A stretch of DNA of 64,000 nucleotides from Patescibacteria group bacterium (GTDB taxonomy: Bacteria > Patescibacteriota > Patescibacteriia > Magasanikbacterales > GWA2-37-8). The position numbers and the translations under genes were made by a program. Below, one piece after another: positions 29,982-38,171 of this stretch. The number at the start of each line of letters is the position of its first letter. Positions within the stretch are counted from its first letter, which is position 1. Where the stretch lies: assembly GCA_041651015.1 (NCBI GenBank), contig JBAZKA010000005.1, positions 1,326 through 65,325 on the forward strand, given 5' to 3'. Under the pieces are notes generated by a model that was not told where the DNA came from, did no database searches, and saw nothing but the letters and a program-made list of their open reading frames with translations.

Positions 29982-31340
29982 ATGCACGTTTATGAACGGG
30001 AGGGAAGATTTCTTGTTGTTATTGGCCACATTCCTCAGTGGTTTGTGGTAGACGGGTTTGGTTTGGCGATCGCGCGTGGAATTGAACACGGCTATTCGTT
30101 ACAACAAATTTTGTTAAGGCACGGCAAGGACGTACATTGTGAAGCGGAGGCGGTGTACGCAGATCTCGCGCCGTTAATCAATCAACAAGTAAATCGGACG
30201 ACTGCCATTGTAGAAAACGTTCTTACCTCCAAGACGACGGTCGCCATGATCAGCGTCACCCGGGGCTGCAATTTAAAGAGCATTTGTCCTCACTGCTATG
30301 TGGACGCTAATGGTTCGCGTGGTATAGAACTTACTGTCGTTGAACATCGGAACATTGCCAAGCAACTCCGTGAGTGCATGGCCGCGGACGATCATCATGA
30401 ATATAAGGTGAACCTGACCGGAGGCGAGCCTTTTATTCGCAAGGATATTCTGGACATCATCCAGGCCTACAGCGACGCGGGGTTTTTAGTCAGCATGAGC
30501 ACTAACGCCTTGCTGATTCACCGCAAGTATATGGAATCCTTGAAACGAATGAATGTCACACTGTCCGTTTCGCTTGATGGTTCCAATGCATGCACGCACG
30601 ACCGCATTCGTGGCGCCGGTTCGTGGGAACGTGTGGTCAAGAAAATTCGCATACTGACCAAAGTGGGCGTGCGTGTGGGGATTAACTATCTGGTCAACAA
30701 CGAGAATTTTCTTGACATGGAAAAAACCATCGCACTCGCGCATCAACTGGGTTGCACTGGGTTCAACCCCATCAATCTCGTTCAACTTGGGCGGGCGTGC
30801 ACCGGCACCTTGCACAGGGTTCCCGAAGTGGATATTTTTGGCCACTTAGCCAAACACCTGATCAACAATCCCAGTCACCAACACCTCTTTGCCGCCTCGT
30901 CATTGTTTTCTTCGCTAGGCGCCGCCTTGCTGGCCGGTATCACCTGCGAGAGTTGCGGTGTCGGAAACAGGCCGTGCGTCTATATTGATGAAACTGGCGC
31001 TGTCTATCCTTGCCCCAACACCCAGCGCGCAGAGTTTCTCCTGGGTAATTTACGCACACAGTCGCTACATGATTGCGTTTATCTAGATCATCCGGTTTTG
31101 AGCAATTTACGTAATCTTGAGATCGCTTCTCTTAACCCTATTTGTGGAGATTGTGATGTGCGCTATTTCTGTGGCGGTGACTGTCGCGGCGAGACATATA
31201 ATGTCACTGGAGACCTTCGAGCTCCTTATGTGGCTTGCCAAGATCGTCACGATTCTCTCATAGAACTAATGTGGGTAGTCGCCGATAATCCGCAGCTGTT
31301 CGAAACAAGAGCCGACGAGTATGCTTCGAACCTCCACTGA
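29982..31340 (+). CDS. Radical SAM/SPASM-domain peptide-modifying enzyme with N-terminal PqqD-like RRE
   Basis: N-terminal about 90-aa RRE-like region. Cys triad CNLKSICPHC (Cx5Cx2C), GGEP SAM motif, SVSLDG. C-terminal SPASM Cys clusters (CESCGVGNRPC...YPC, CGDCDVRYFCGGDC). Confidence 0.85.
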   Translation: MHVYEREGRFLVVIGHIPQWFVVDGFGLAIARGIEHGYSLQQILLRHGKDVHCEAEAVYADLAPLINQQVNRTTAIVENVLTSKTTVAMISVTRGCNLKSICPHCYVDANGSRGIELTVVEHRNIAKQLRECMAADDHHEYKVNLTGGEPFIRKDILDIIQAYSDAGFLVSMSTNALLIHRKYMESLKRMNVTLSVSLDGSNACTHDRIRGAGSWERVVKKIRILTKVGVRVGINYLVNNENFLDMEKTIALAHQLGCTGFNPINLVQLGRACTGTLHRVPEVDIFGHLAKHLINNPSHQHLFAASSLFSSLGAALLAGITCESCGVGNRPCVYIDETGAVYPCPNTQRAEFLLGNLRTQSLHDCVYLDHPVLSNLRNLEIASLNPICGDCDVRYFCGGDCRGETYNVTGDLRAPYVACQDRHDSLIELMWVVADNPQLFETRADEYASNLH

Positions 31341-31363
31341 TCTTTGCTTGTAATTTCAACTTT

Positions 31364-31400
31364 GGGCAGTCTGCATATATGCGCGGGCTGCCTTTTTTAT
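31364..31400 (+). terminator. Terminator after the radical-SAM gene
   Basis: gggcagtctgcatatatgcgcgggctgcc followed by tttttt. Confidence 0.6.
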
Positions 31401-31636
31401 ATTATTTGTTTGGAATATACGTATTTAAAACAACATTCGCCGCATGAGTATTGTTTTAATTTAAGTTCGTCGTTTAGAGTTGATTTTGATAATAACGCAT
31501 ATCAAATTTACGAATACGCATTTGAGAGTATTAATGACAAATTGTTCATACGGCATGTGGAATACAACTTTGAAGGCGCAAGTTGCGGGTTGTCCGCATT
31601 TTGTTTATATGATGATTTTGATGTATAATATATATA

Positions 31637-32620
31637 ATGATATTTTTCTATCATTATATTATGGTCAATTTTTACTCACAGCAAAATCGTAATGGCGACG
31701 GAAATATCATCCCTGAATCGCCGGCCAAGAAAACAACCAAGTCAAAAGTCAATATTGGAAAATATGTTGACCCGACCGGCGAGTTTGGTTCCGAACAATA
31801 CAAACGATCATTTTGGTTTGTAAAAAATAAATTATTACTCTATCGTTTGCTGGTCTCTTTTTTGGTTGCTTTCAGCGTCATCACTGTCGGTTATTCTTTG
31901 TGGAAGGGTTTTGAACTTTTAATTTTTGAACTGACGGCTAATGATACAATGGAACAGCAATTGGCTCACTCCACCAATTATGGAGCGTTAAACACGGCTT
32001 ATACGCCATCGCCAATAGATATTTTATCCACGCAAATTTATACCGGTGGAACAGATAAAATTGATTTGGTTTCGGAAGCGGTTAACGTCAATGAGCGTTA
32101 CGTGGCGCGTTTTACCTATTATTATGATTTTAATGGATTAAAAACCGCACCGCAATCAGCGATTTTGCTTCCGACCGAAAGCCGCCCGTTGGCGACACTG
32201 GGATTGGATACAAGTGAATTTTCCGGTTCGGCCAATTTGGTTTTGACCAACGTGAGTTTCACGCGCGTGGACAATCATATTATTCCGGATTTATCCGCTT
32301 GGATGGCGGAACGTTTAAATTTTAGCGTGGACAATTTTGTTTATACGCCGGCCGATTCCGATCTGAACGCCAATTCCATAAAATTTACTTTGGTAAATAA
32401 TTCTCCTTATGGTTATCGCGCGCCGAATTTTTATCTTGGTCTATTCCAAAACGGGGGACTGGTTGGATTGATGAAATTTGATACCACTGATTTGCAATCG
32501 CAAGAATCAAGAGAAATTGATTTGCGTAATTTTGTTCAGAATCTGTCTGTATCCGAAGTGAAGCTATATCCGCTCATTGACCTTTTTGATGATAGCGTGT
32601 ATCTTGCTCCAAAGAGGTAG
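31637..32620 (+). CDS. Hypothetical membrane-anchored protein
   Basis: One TM (LLLYRLLVSFLVAFSVITVGY) followed by an about 240-aa extracytoplasmic domain. Start could be the internal ATG at 31661. Confidence 0.5.
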   Translation: MIFFYHYIMVNFYSQQNRNGDGNIIPESPAKKTTKSKVNIGKYVDPTGEFGSEQYKRSFWFVKNKLLLYRLLVSFLVAFSVITVGYSLWKGFELLIFELTANDTMEQQLAHSTNYGALNTAYTPSPIDILSTQIYTGGTDKIDLVSEAVNVNERYVARFTYYYDFNGLKTAPQSAILLPTESRPLATLGLDTSEFSGSANLVLTNVSFTRVDNHIIPDLSAWMAERLNFSVDNFVYTPADSDLNANSIKFTLVNNSPYGYRAPNFYLGLFQNGGLVGLMKFDTTDLQSQESREIDLRNFVQNLSVSEVKLYPLIDLFDDSVYLAPKR

Positions 32621-32634
32621 GCAAAAGTAAATTT

Positions 32635-33729
32635 ATGCTTGGTTTTGACCGATTATCCTGGCGCGGTTTTGATTGGCCGCTTATTGCGGCTGTTTTTTTG
32701 CTGTGCGCGATCGGCTTTGCCGCCATTTACAGTGTGGACTTATCGCGCGGTGCCGATTTGCTATATACCAGAAAACAATTCATGTCTTTTGGCATCGGGT
32801 TAGTTTTCATGTTTGGTTGCGCCGCGACCGCGCCGACATTTTTTAGAAATTATTCCAAATGGTTTTATTTCGCGGCCATGATTTTATTGGTCGCGGTTTT
32901 AATTTTTGGGCGCACCATCCGCGGCACGACCGGTTGGTTTAATTTTTTTGGATTTTCTTTGCAACCGGTGGAAATAGCCAAGGCCGCCCTCATCTTAATG
33001 CTCGGATACGTGGCCGCCAATTTTGGCCGGCGTTTTGAAAAACCGTTATTTTTTTTCGGCACGGGAGTGCTCGCGCTTATTCCCATTGGCCTAACTTTGA
33101 AGCAGCCGGATTTGGGTTCGGCGATTTTGCTCGGAGCGATTTGGTTTGGCATTATGTGGCTGGCCGGAGCGCGTAAATTATATTTGGTACTGCTCGCGCT
33201 TATTATGCTGATCGTGTCTGTTTTTTCTTGGCATTATCTTTTGGCGGATTACCAGCGAGAGCGCGTTTTGACTTTTATGTATCCGGACAGAGACCCTCTC
33301 GGTTCGGGCTATAATACCATCCAATCAACCATTGCCGTGGGTTCGGGCGGCGTGATTGGCCGGGGCCTTGGTTTCGGTTCGCAAAGTCAATTGAGATTTT
33401 TGCCGGAAACGCAAACTGATTTTATTTTTTCCGTCATCGGCGAAGAATTGGGATTGGCCGGCGTGATTGTGGTATTATTTTTATTTTTTATTATATTTTG
33501 GCGGCTGACGCGCATTGCTCGGCTGGTTAGCGATGACTTTGCGGCATTTGTCGCGCTTGGCGCCGCCGTCTTGTTTTTTACACAATTTTTTATTAATATT
33601 GGAGCTAATATCGGCATTTTGCCGGTAACCGGCGTTACTTTGCCTTTTGTCAGTTATGGCGGTTCATCGCTTATTGTTAATATGGCGTTGGTGGGTACGG
33701 TGGTTAGCTTGAGTAAGAGATATTTATAA
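32635..33729 (+). CDS. SEDS-family peptidoglycan glycosyltransferase (FtsW/RodA)
   Basis: 10-TM SEDS architecture, PETQTDFIFSVIGEELG motif. Confidence 0.85.
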   Translation: MLGFDRLSWRGFDWPLIAAVFLLCAIGFAAIYSVDLSRGADLLYTRKQFMSFGIGLVFMFGCAATAPTFFRNYSKWFYFAAMILLVAVLIFGRTIRGTTGWFNFFGFSLQPVEIAKAALILMLGYVAANFGRRFEKPLFFFGTGVLALIPIGLTLKQPDLGSAILLGAIWFGIMWLAGARKLYLVLLALIMLIVSVFSWHYLLADYQRERVLTFMYPDRDPLGSGYNTIQSTIAVGSGGVIGRGLGFGSQSQLRFLPETQTDFIFSVIGEELGLAGVIVVLFLFFIIFWRLTRIARLVSDDFAAFVALGAAVLFFTQFFINIGANIGILPVTGVTLPFVSYGGSSLIVNMALVGTVVSLSKRYL

Positions 33730-33773
33730 GTTTATAAAGTTTGTAAAGTCCATAAAGTTATAAAGTTAAAAAA

Positions 33774-34850
33774 ATGATTTCCGATAAATTAAAAAATTTA
33801 AAAGAAAAAATTATTTCAACCACAGAGTTGCTTCATTTTGGCGACCTCAAAAGCAAGGCCGAACAGCTGTCGCAAGAAATGAACGCGCCGGATTTTTGGT
33901 CTGATCAAGAAAACGCGCAGAGCGTATCCGCTGATTACACCGACTTACGCAAGGAAATTGAAAAATGGGAACTAATCCTAAAAGAAGTTAATGACCTGCT
34001 TGATTTATCCGATGAGGGTGACGCGAGCATGGCCGGGGAAATTGACAAGCAAACCGATGAACTGGAAAAACAATTTGGCGATTATGAATTTTATCTATTG
34101 CTGAATGGTCCATATGATGCGAGCAACGCGGTTATTACTTTACACGCCGGTTCGGGCGGAACCGAGGCCCAGGATTGGACCGAGATGCTGACGCGCATGA
34201 TTTTGCGCTTTTGCGAAAAAATGAATTGGCGCACGCGAGTGGTTGACGAATCGCGCGGAGCCGAGGCTGGTTATAAATCCATCACCATGGAAATCAAAGG
34301 ACGTTATGCTTACGGTTATTTAAAATCCGAACACGGCGTACATCGCCTGGTGCGCATCTCGCCGTTTGACGCGGAAAAAATGCGCCACACTTCGTTCGCG
34401 CTGGTGGAAGTTTTGCCAGAGATTCCGGAAAAAGAAGAGGTTGAAATTGACCCCAAGGATTTGCGCATTGATACATTTATGTCCGGCGGTAAAGGCGGTC
34501 AGAGCGTGAACACGACTTATTCGGCTGTGCGCATCGTCCATATTCCGACCAACATTTCCGTGCAATGCCAGAATGAACGTTCGCAACAACAAAACAAAGA
34601 ATTGGCCATGAAAATTTTGAAGGCCAAATTATTTCGCTTGGAAATGGAGCGCAAAGCCAAAGAGCGCGAAGACTTGCGCGGTGAATACAAATCCGCCGAA
34701 TGGGGCAACCAAATTCGTTCGTATGTTTTGCATCCGTATCACATGGTCAAAGACCATCGGACTGATTACGAATCTGCTGATCCTGAAAGCGTGTTGGAAG
34801 GGGACTTGTTGCCTTTGTGCGAGGCGTATTTGAAGTGGATAAAAAAATAA
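33774..34850 (+). CDS. prfB: Peptide chain release factor 2 (contiguous ORF, no frameshift site)
   Basis: SPF tripeptide motif (RISPFDA) and GGQ (SGGKGGQSVNTT). Confidence 0.9.
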   Translation: MISDKLKNLKEKIISTTELLHFGDLKSKAEQLSQEMNAPDFWSDQENAQSVSADYTDLRKEIEKWELILKEVNDLLDLSDEGDASMAGEIDKQTDELEKQFGDYEFYLLLNGPYDASNAVITLHAGSGGTEAQDWTEMLTRMILRFCEKMNWRTRVVDESRGAEAGYKSITMEIKGRYAYGYLKSEHGVHRLVRISPFDAEKMRHTSFALVEVLPEIPEKEEVEIDPKDLRIDTFMSGGKGGQSVNTTYSAVRIVHIPTNISVQCQNERSQQQNKELAMKILKAKLFRLEMERKAKEREDLRGEYKSAEWGNQIRSYVLHPYHMVKDHRTDYESADPESVLEGDLLPLCEAYLKWIKK

Positions 34851-34851
34851 T

Positions 34852-36624
34852 ATGCGCGTTTTCAAGAAAGAAAATATCTCCGAAATTGCCGCTGAATTTT
34901 TTGGCGGCAATGTTGTTATTTTCCCCACCGAGACATCCTACGGCCTGGGTTGTGATGCGACCAATCAAACGGCGGTGGATAAAATTTATCAGATAAAGAA
35001 TCGGCCGGCGAGCAAATCGCTTCTAATTGTTGCGCCGAATATTGCGGAAGCGAAGAAATATTTAGTTTGGAATAGAACCATAGATAAACTCGCGAATAAA
35101 TTTTGGTCCGGCTCCGCTCACGCTACGCCGGATAAAATTAAAAAAATAGCGCCTCTGACTATCGTGGGAAAATGCGCGAGCAAAGATTTGGCGCGCGGGG
35201 TGGTATCAAAAGAAAATACAGTGGCTGTCCGCGTCACCTATGACCTGTGGCTCAAAGAATTGGGCGAGCAAACCGGCCTGCCGATCATTGCCACCTCGGC
35301 CAATCTTTCGGGCGCCGGCGATATATATAATGTAGAGGAGGCGATTAATCAATTCAAAGATACACAGTTCGAGCCCGATGCCATCGTGGACGCGGGCGTT
35401 TTGCCTCATAATTTACCATCCACGATCGTGGATGCATCGGAGAATAAAATTAAAATTTTGCGTCAGGGCGCTTTGAAAATTTCCGATTCGTTCGGACAAG
35501 CATTTATTTCCATAATTTTGATTGGCACGGCAGTGATTCTCGGCGCGCTGGCCATTGTTTACGCCTGGCAAACGGCGTTAGTTGGTATGAATATTAATTT
35601 GCTTTTTACGTCAGCCTACGATGGAGAAAAATATCCGGCCGGAGAGAAACATTATCTCAAGACCGTTAAAGGACTTTATCTTACGGCTTATTCGGCCGGC
35701 AGTGAGAAAAAGATTGATGCCATAATAAATTTGATTGATAAAACCGAGCTCAATGCCGTAGTTATAGATATCAAGGATTATAGCGGTTTGGTTTTGTACG
35801 ACAGTCAGCTCGCGACAGTAAACGAGTTAAATACAGAAGATAACAGACTGGGCGATGTGCCCGCCTTGATTGAGAAATTGCATGAACACAAAATTTACGT
35901 CATCGCTCGCCAGACGATTTTTCAAGATCCGGTCTTGGCCGAAGCCAAATCCGATTGGGCGATAAAGAAAAAGTCCGGCGGTGTTTGGCGTGATAAAAAG
36001 GGTTTGGCTTGGGTGGATCCGACGCGTAAAGAAGTTTGGGAATATAATTTGGCCATTGCCAAAGAGGCGATTAAATTTGGTTTTGATGAAATAAATTTTG
36101 ACTATGTCCGCTTTCCGTCCGACGGCAATATGAGCGATGTGGTCTATACGGTCGGCGACAAAAAGAAATATGAAGTGATGAATGAATTTTATAGATATAT
36201 GAGCGCGCATTTGCGCGATGAACCGGCTTGGCTATCTTTGGATATGTTTGGCTTGGTGATGGAGACGGCGCCCGAGAATGATATGAATATTGGCCAGCGT
36301 TTGGCGGACGCGGTGGATTACGCGGATTTTATTTGTCCGATGATGTATCCCTCGCATTATCCGTCCGGACATTTGGGTTTGAAAAATCCGGCCGATTACC
36401 CGACTTTGGTTTTTGAAAACGGCCTGCAAAAAGGTTTGCCAAAATTTGTGGATAAACGCGCCATACTTCGCCCTTGGCTCCAGGCATTCAATCTGGGCGC
36501 GGTCTATGGTGCGGATAAAATTCGCGCGCAAATTGACGCCACGGAAAAATATACCGACGCCGGATGGTTGCTTTGGAATGCGAGCAATAATTATACGGAT
36601 AAAGGTTTGAAATATGAACGATAA
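34852..36624 (+). CDS. Fusion protein: TsaC/YrdC/Sua5-like threonylcarbamoyl-AMP synthase domain, a TM helix, and a C-terminal putative glycoside-hydrolase-like (GHL10/DUF4015-type) domain
   Basis: N-terminal VVIFPTETSYGLGCDATN...KNRPASKSLLIV (YrdC fold). TM AFISIILIGTAVILGALAIVYAW. C-terminal LNAVVIDIKDYSG...GFDEINFDYVRFPSDGN. Confidence 0.7.
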   Translation: MRVFKKENISEIAAEFFGGNVVIFPTETSYGLGCDATNQTAVDKIYQIKNRPASKSLLIVAPNIAEAKKYLVWNRTIDKLANKFWSGSAHATPDKIKKIAPLTIVGKCASKDLARGVVSKENTVAVRVTYDLWLKELGEQTGLPIIATSANLSGAGDIYNVEEAINQFKDTQFEPDAIVDAGVLPHNLPSTIVDASENKIKILRQGALKISDSFGQAFISIILIGTAVILGALAIVYAWQTALVGMNINLLFTSAYDGEKYPAGEKHYLKTVKGLYLTAYSAGSEKKIDAIINLIDKTELNAVVIDIKDYSGLVLYDSQLATVNELNTEDNRLGDVPALIEKLHEHKIYVIARQTIFQDPVLAEAKSDWAIKKKSGGVWRDKKGLAWVDPTRKEVWEYNLAIAKEAIKFGFDEINFDYVRFPSDGNMSDVVYTVGDKKKYEVMNEFYRYMSAHLRDEPAWLSLDMFGLVMETAPENDMNIGQRLADAVDYADFICPMMYPSHYPSGHLGLKNPADYPTLVFENGLQKGLPKFVDKRAILRPWLQAFNLGAVYGADKIRAQIDATEKYTDAGWLLWNASNNYTDKGLKYER

Positions 36625-37459
36625 ATTATTCAATCCCGACTATTTGTATTCGCTTTGTAAAAATTGCGGTCTTCAGCCATCCAAAAATTACGGTCAGAAT
36701 TATTTAATCAATCCGGAAGTGATTGAGAAAATGATTGAGGCGGCCGATGTCAAAAAAACAGATAAGATTGTGGAAGTCGGGCCCGGTTTTGGCGTGCTCA
36801 CGTTTGCCCTTGCGGAGAAAGCCAAAGAGGTTTTTGCTTATGAGATTGAAAAAAAGTTAATGCCGTATTGGGAAGCGCGCGCGCTAAAAAATTTACATAT
36901 ATTTTGGGGCAATGTTTTGAAAACAGCCGAAAATTTACCAAACGGGAAATATAAAGTAGTGGCGAACCTGCCTTATCAAATTACTTCGGCCGTTATCAGA
37001 TTTTTTTTGGAAAATGAAAACCCACCCGAATCAATGACCCTAATGGTGCAAAAGGAAGTAGCTGAACGCATTTGCGCGAAAGCGGGGGATATGTCCTTGC
37101 TTTCAGTCGCGGTGCAATATTATGCCGATGCCGAAATAGTCGGGATTGTGCCCGGAGATAATTATTGGCCCGTACCAAAAGTGGATTCGGCGATAATAGT
37201 TCTTAAAGTTCATAAAGTTAAAAAGTTTATAAAGTCCGCCGACTTCTTTAATTTAGTCAAAGCCGGATTTGCCAACCGCCGGAAATTATTGATCAAAAAT
37301 ATATTACCTATTGTCGGCAAGCAAAACAAAGAAAAATTGAAATCAGTTCTTGCCGAACTGGGTTTGTCGGAAAACGCGCGGGCGCAGGAGTTGGGAGTGG
37401 AGGATTGGAAAAAACTTCTTGCCGCCATTTCATCCACACCGCCAACTATTTTATTATAG
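36614..37459 (+). CDS. rsmA: 16S rRNA (adenine1518-N6/adenine1519-N6)-dimethyltransferase
   Basis: GQNYLINPEV, VEVGPGFGVLT SAM motif, NLPYQITS. Contains an in-frame AT-rich ATAAAGTT-type repeat (KVHKVKKFIKS). Confidence 0.9.
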   Translation: MNDKLFNPDYLYSLCKNCGLQPSKNYGQNYLINPEVIEKMIEAADVKKTDKIVEVGPGFGVLTFALAEKAKEVFAYEIEKKLMPYWEARALKNLHIFWGNVLKTAENLPNGKYKVVANLPYQITSAVIRFFLENENPPESMTLMVQKEVAERICAKAGDMSLLSVAVQYYADAEIVGIVPGDNYWPVPKVDSAIIVLKVHKVKKFIKSADFFNLVKAGFANRRKLLIKNILPIVGKQNKEKLKSVLAELGLSENARAQELGVEDWKKLLAAISSTPPTILL

Positions 37460-37496
37460 TTTAAATATTGCTATAATATAGAGGTAATAAACGTTT

Positions 37497-38171
37497 ATGG
37501 ACGAACCGCAAAACCGTTTTAGCAAAGAGCAGAAAATCGGCTTGGTTTTGCTGTCTTCTTTTGTCGTACTGGCGGTGACGCTCGGGTTGATTGAAATGCG
37601 TAATACCTTGTATAGTCCGTTTGCTTTGAATAATTCCATTCCGGCTATGATTGGGAGTGATGTGGATACGACCGACGCGTTGCGTTATCGTGATACCGAT
37701 GCTGACGGCCTGAATGATTTTGACGAATTATATGTTTATTCCACCAGCCCGTATTTGGCTGATACTGATTCGGACGGCTTGACCGACAAGCAAGAAGTTG
37801 AAGGTGGTAAAAATCCCAATTGCGCCGAAGGCAAAGATTGCAATGCGTCAATCGCGGAAAACGGTTCGGCCATAATCGCCACCAGTTCCACTGATGTGGC
37901 CGATACCAACACACTGTTTTCAAATTATGATGTGACATCAACCTTGGAAGCCATGCTCACTTCGCCGGATCAGATGAGAACTCTTTTGCTTGAATCCGGT
38001 TTGGCGCAATCAGTGGTGGATAAAATTTCCGATGATGATCTGACCAAAATGGCGTTGGAGATAATGTCTTCATCTACCATCTTGGATAGTATGGAAACCA
38101 CTTCCACTACAGTATCTGATGTGACGACCACGGCGAAATTTATCAATCAACTAATGAATGCTTCGCAATAA
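37497..38171 (+). CDS. Membrane-anchored protein with thrombospondin-type-3-like Ca-binding repeats
   Basis: N-terminal TM. DTDADGLNDFDE / DTDSDGLTDKQE repeats. Its 3' end overlaps the start of the giant gene. Confidence 0.55.
   Translation: MDEPQNRFSKEQKIGLVLLSSFVVLAVTLGLIEMRNTLYSPFALNNSIPAMIGSDVDTTDALRYRDTDADGLNDFDELYVYSTSPYLADTDSDGLTDKQEVEGGKNPNCAEGKDCNASIAENGSAIIATSSTDVADTNTLFSNYDVTSTLEAMLTSPDQMRTLLLESGLAQSVVDKISDDDLTKMALEIMSSSTILDSMETTSTTVSDVTTTAKFINQLMNASQ

Noticed and set aside
29774-29995. 73-aa Cys-rich ORF overlapping the precursor-like peptide and the radical-SAM start
   Set aside because: Its TTG start sits inside the SD used by the ATG-started 39-aa frame and it overlaps the maturase start. 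Kept only as an alternative noted in the finding.
31344-31628. 94-aa ORF after the radical-SAM gene
   Set aside because: It covers the terminator hairpin and an AT-rich promoter-like tract, with low-complexity translation and no SD.
36232-36633. 133-aa minus-strand ORF inside the TsaC-fusion gene
   Set aside because: Antisense shadow ORF with no support.
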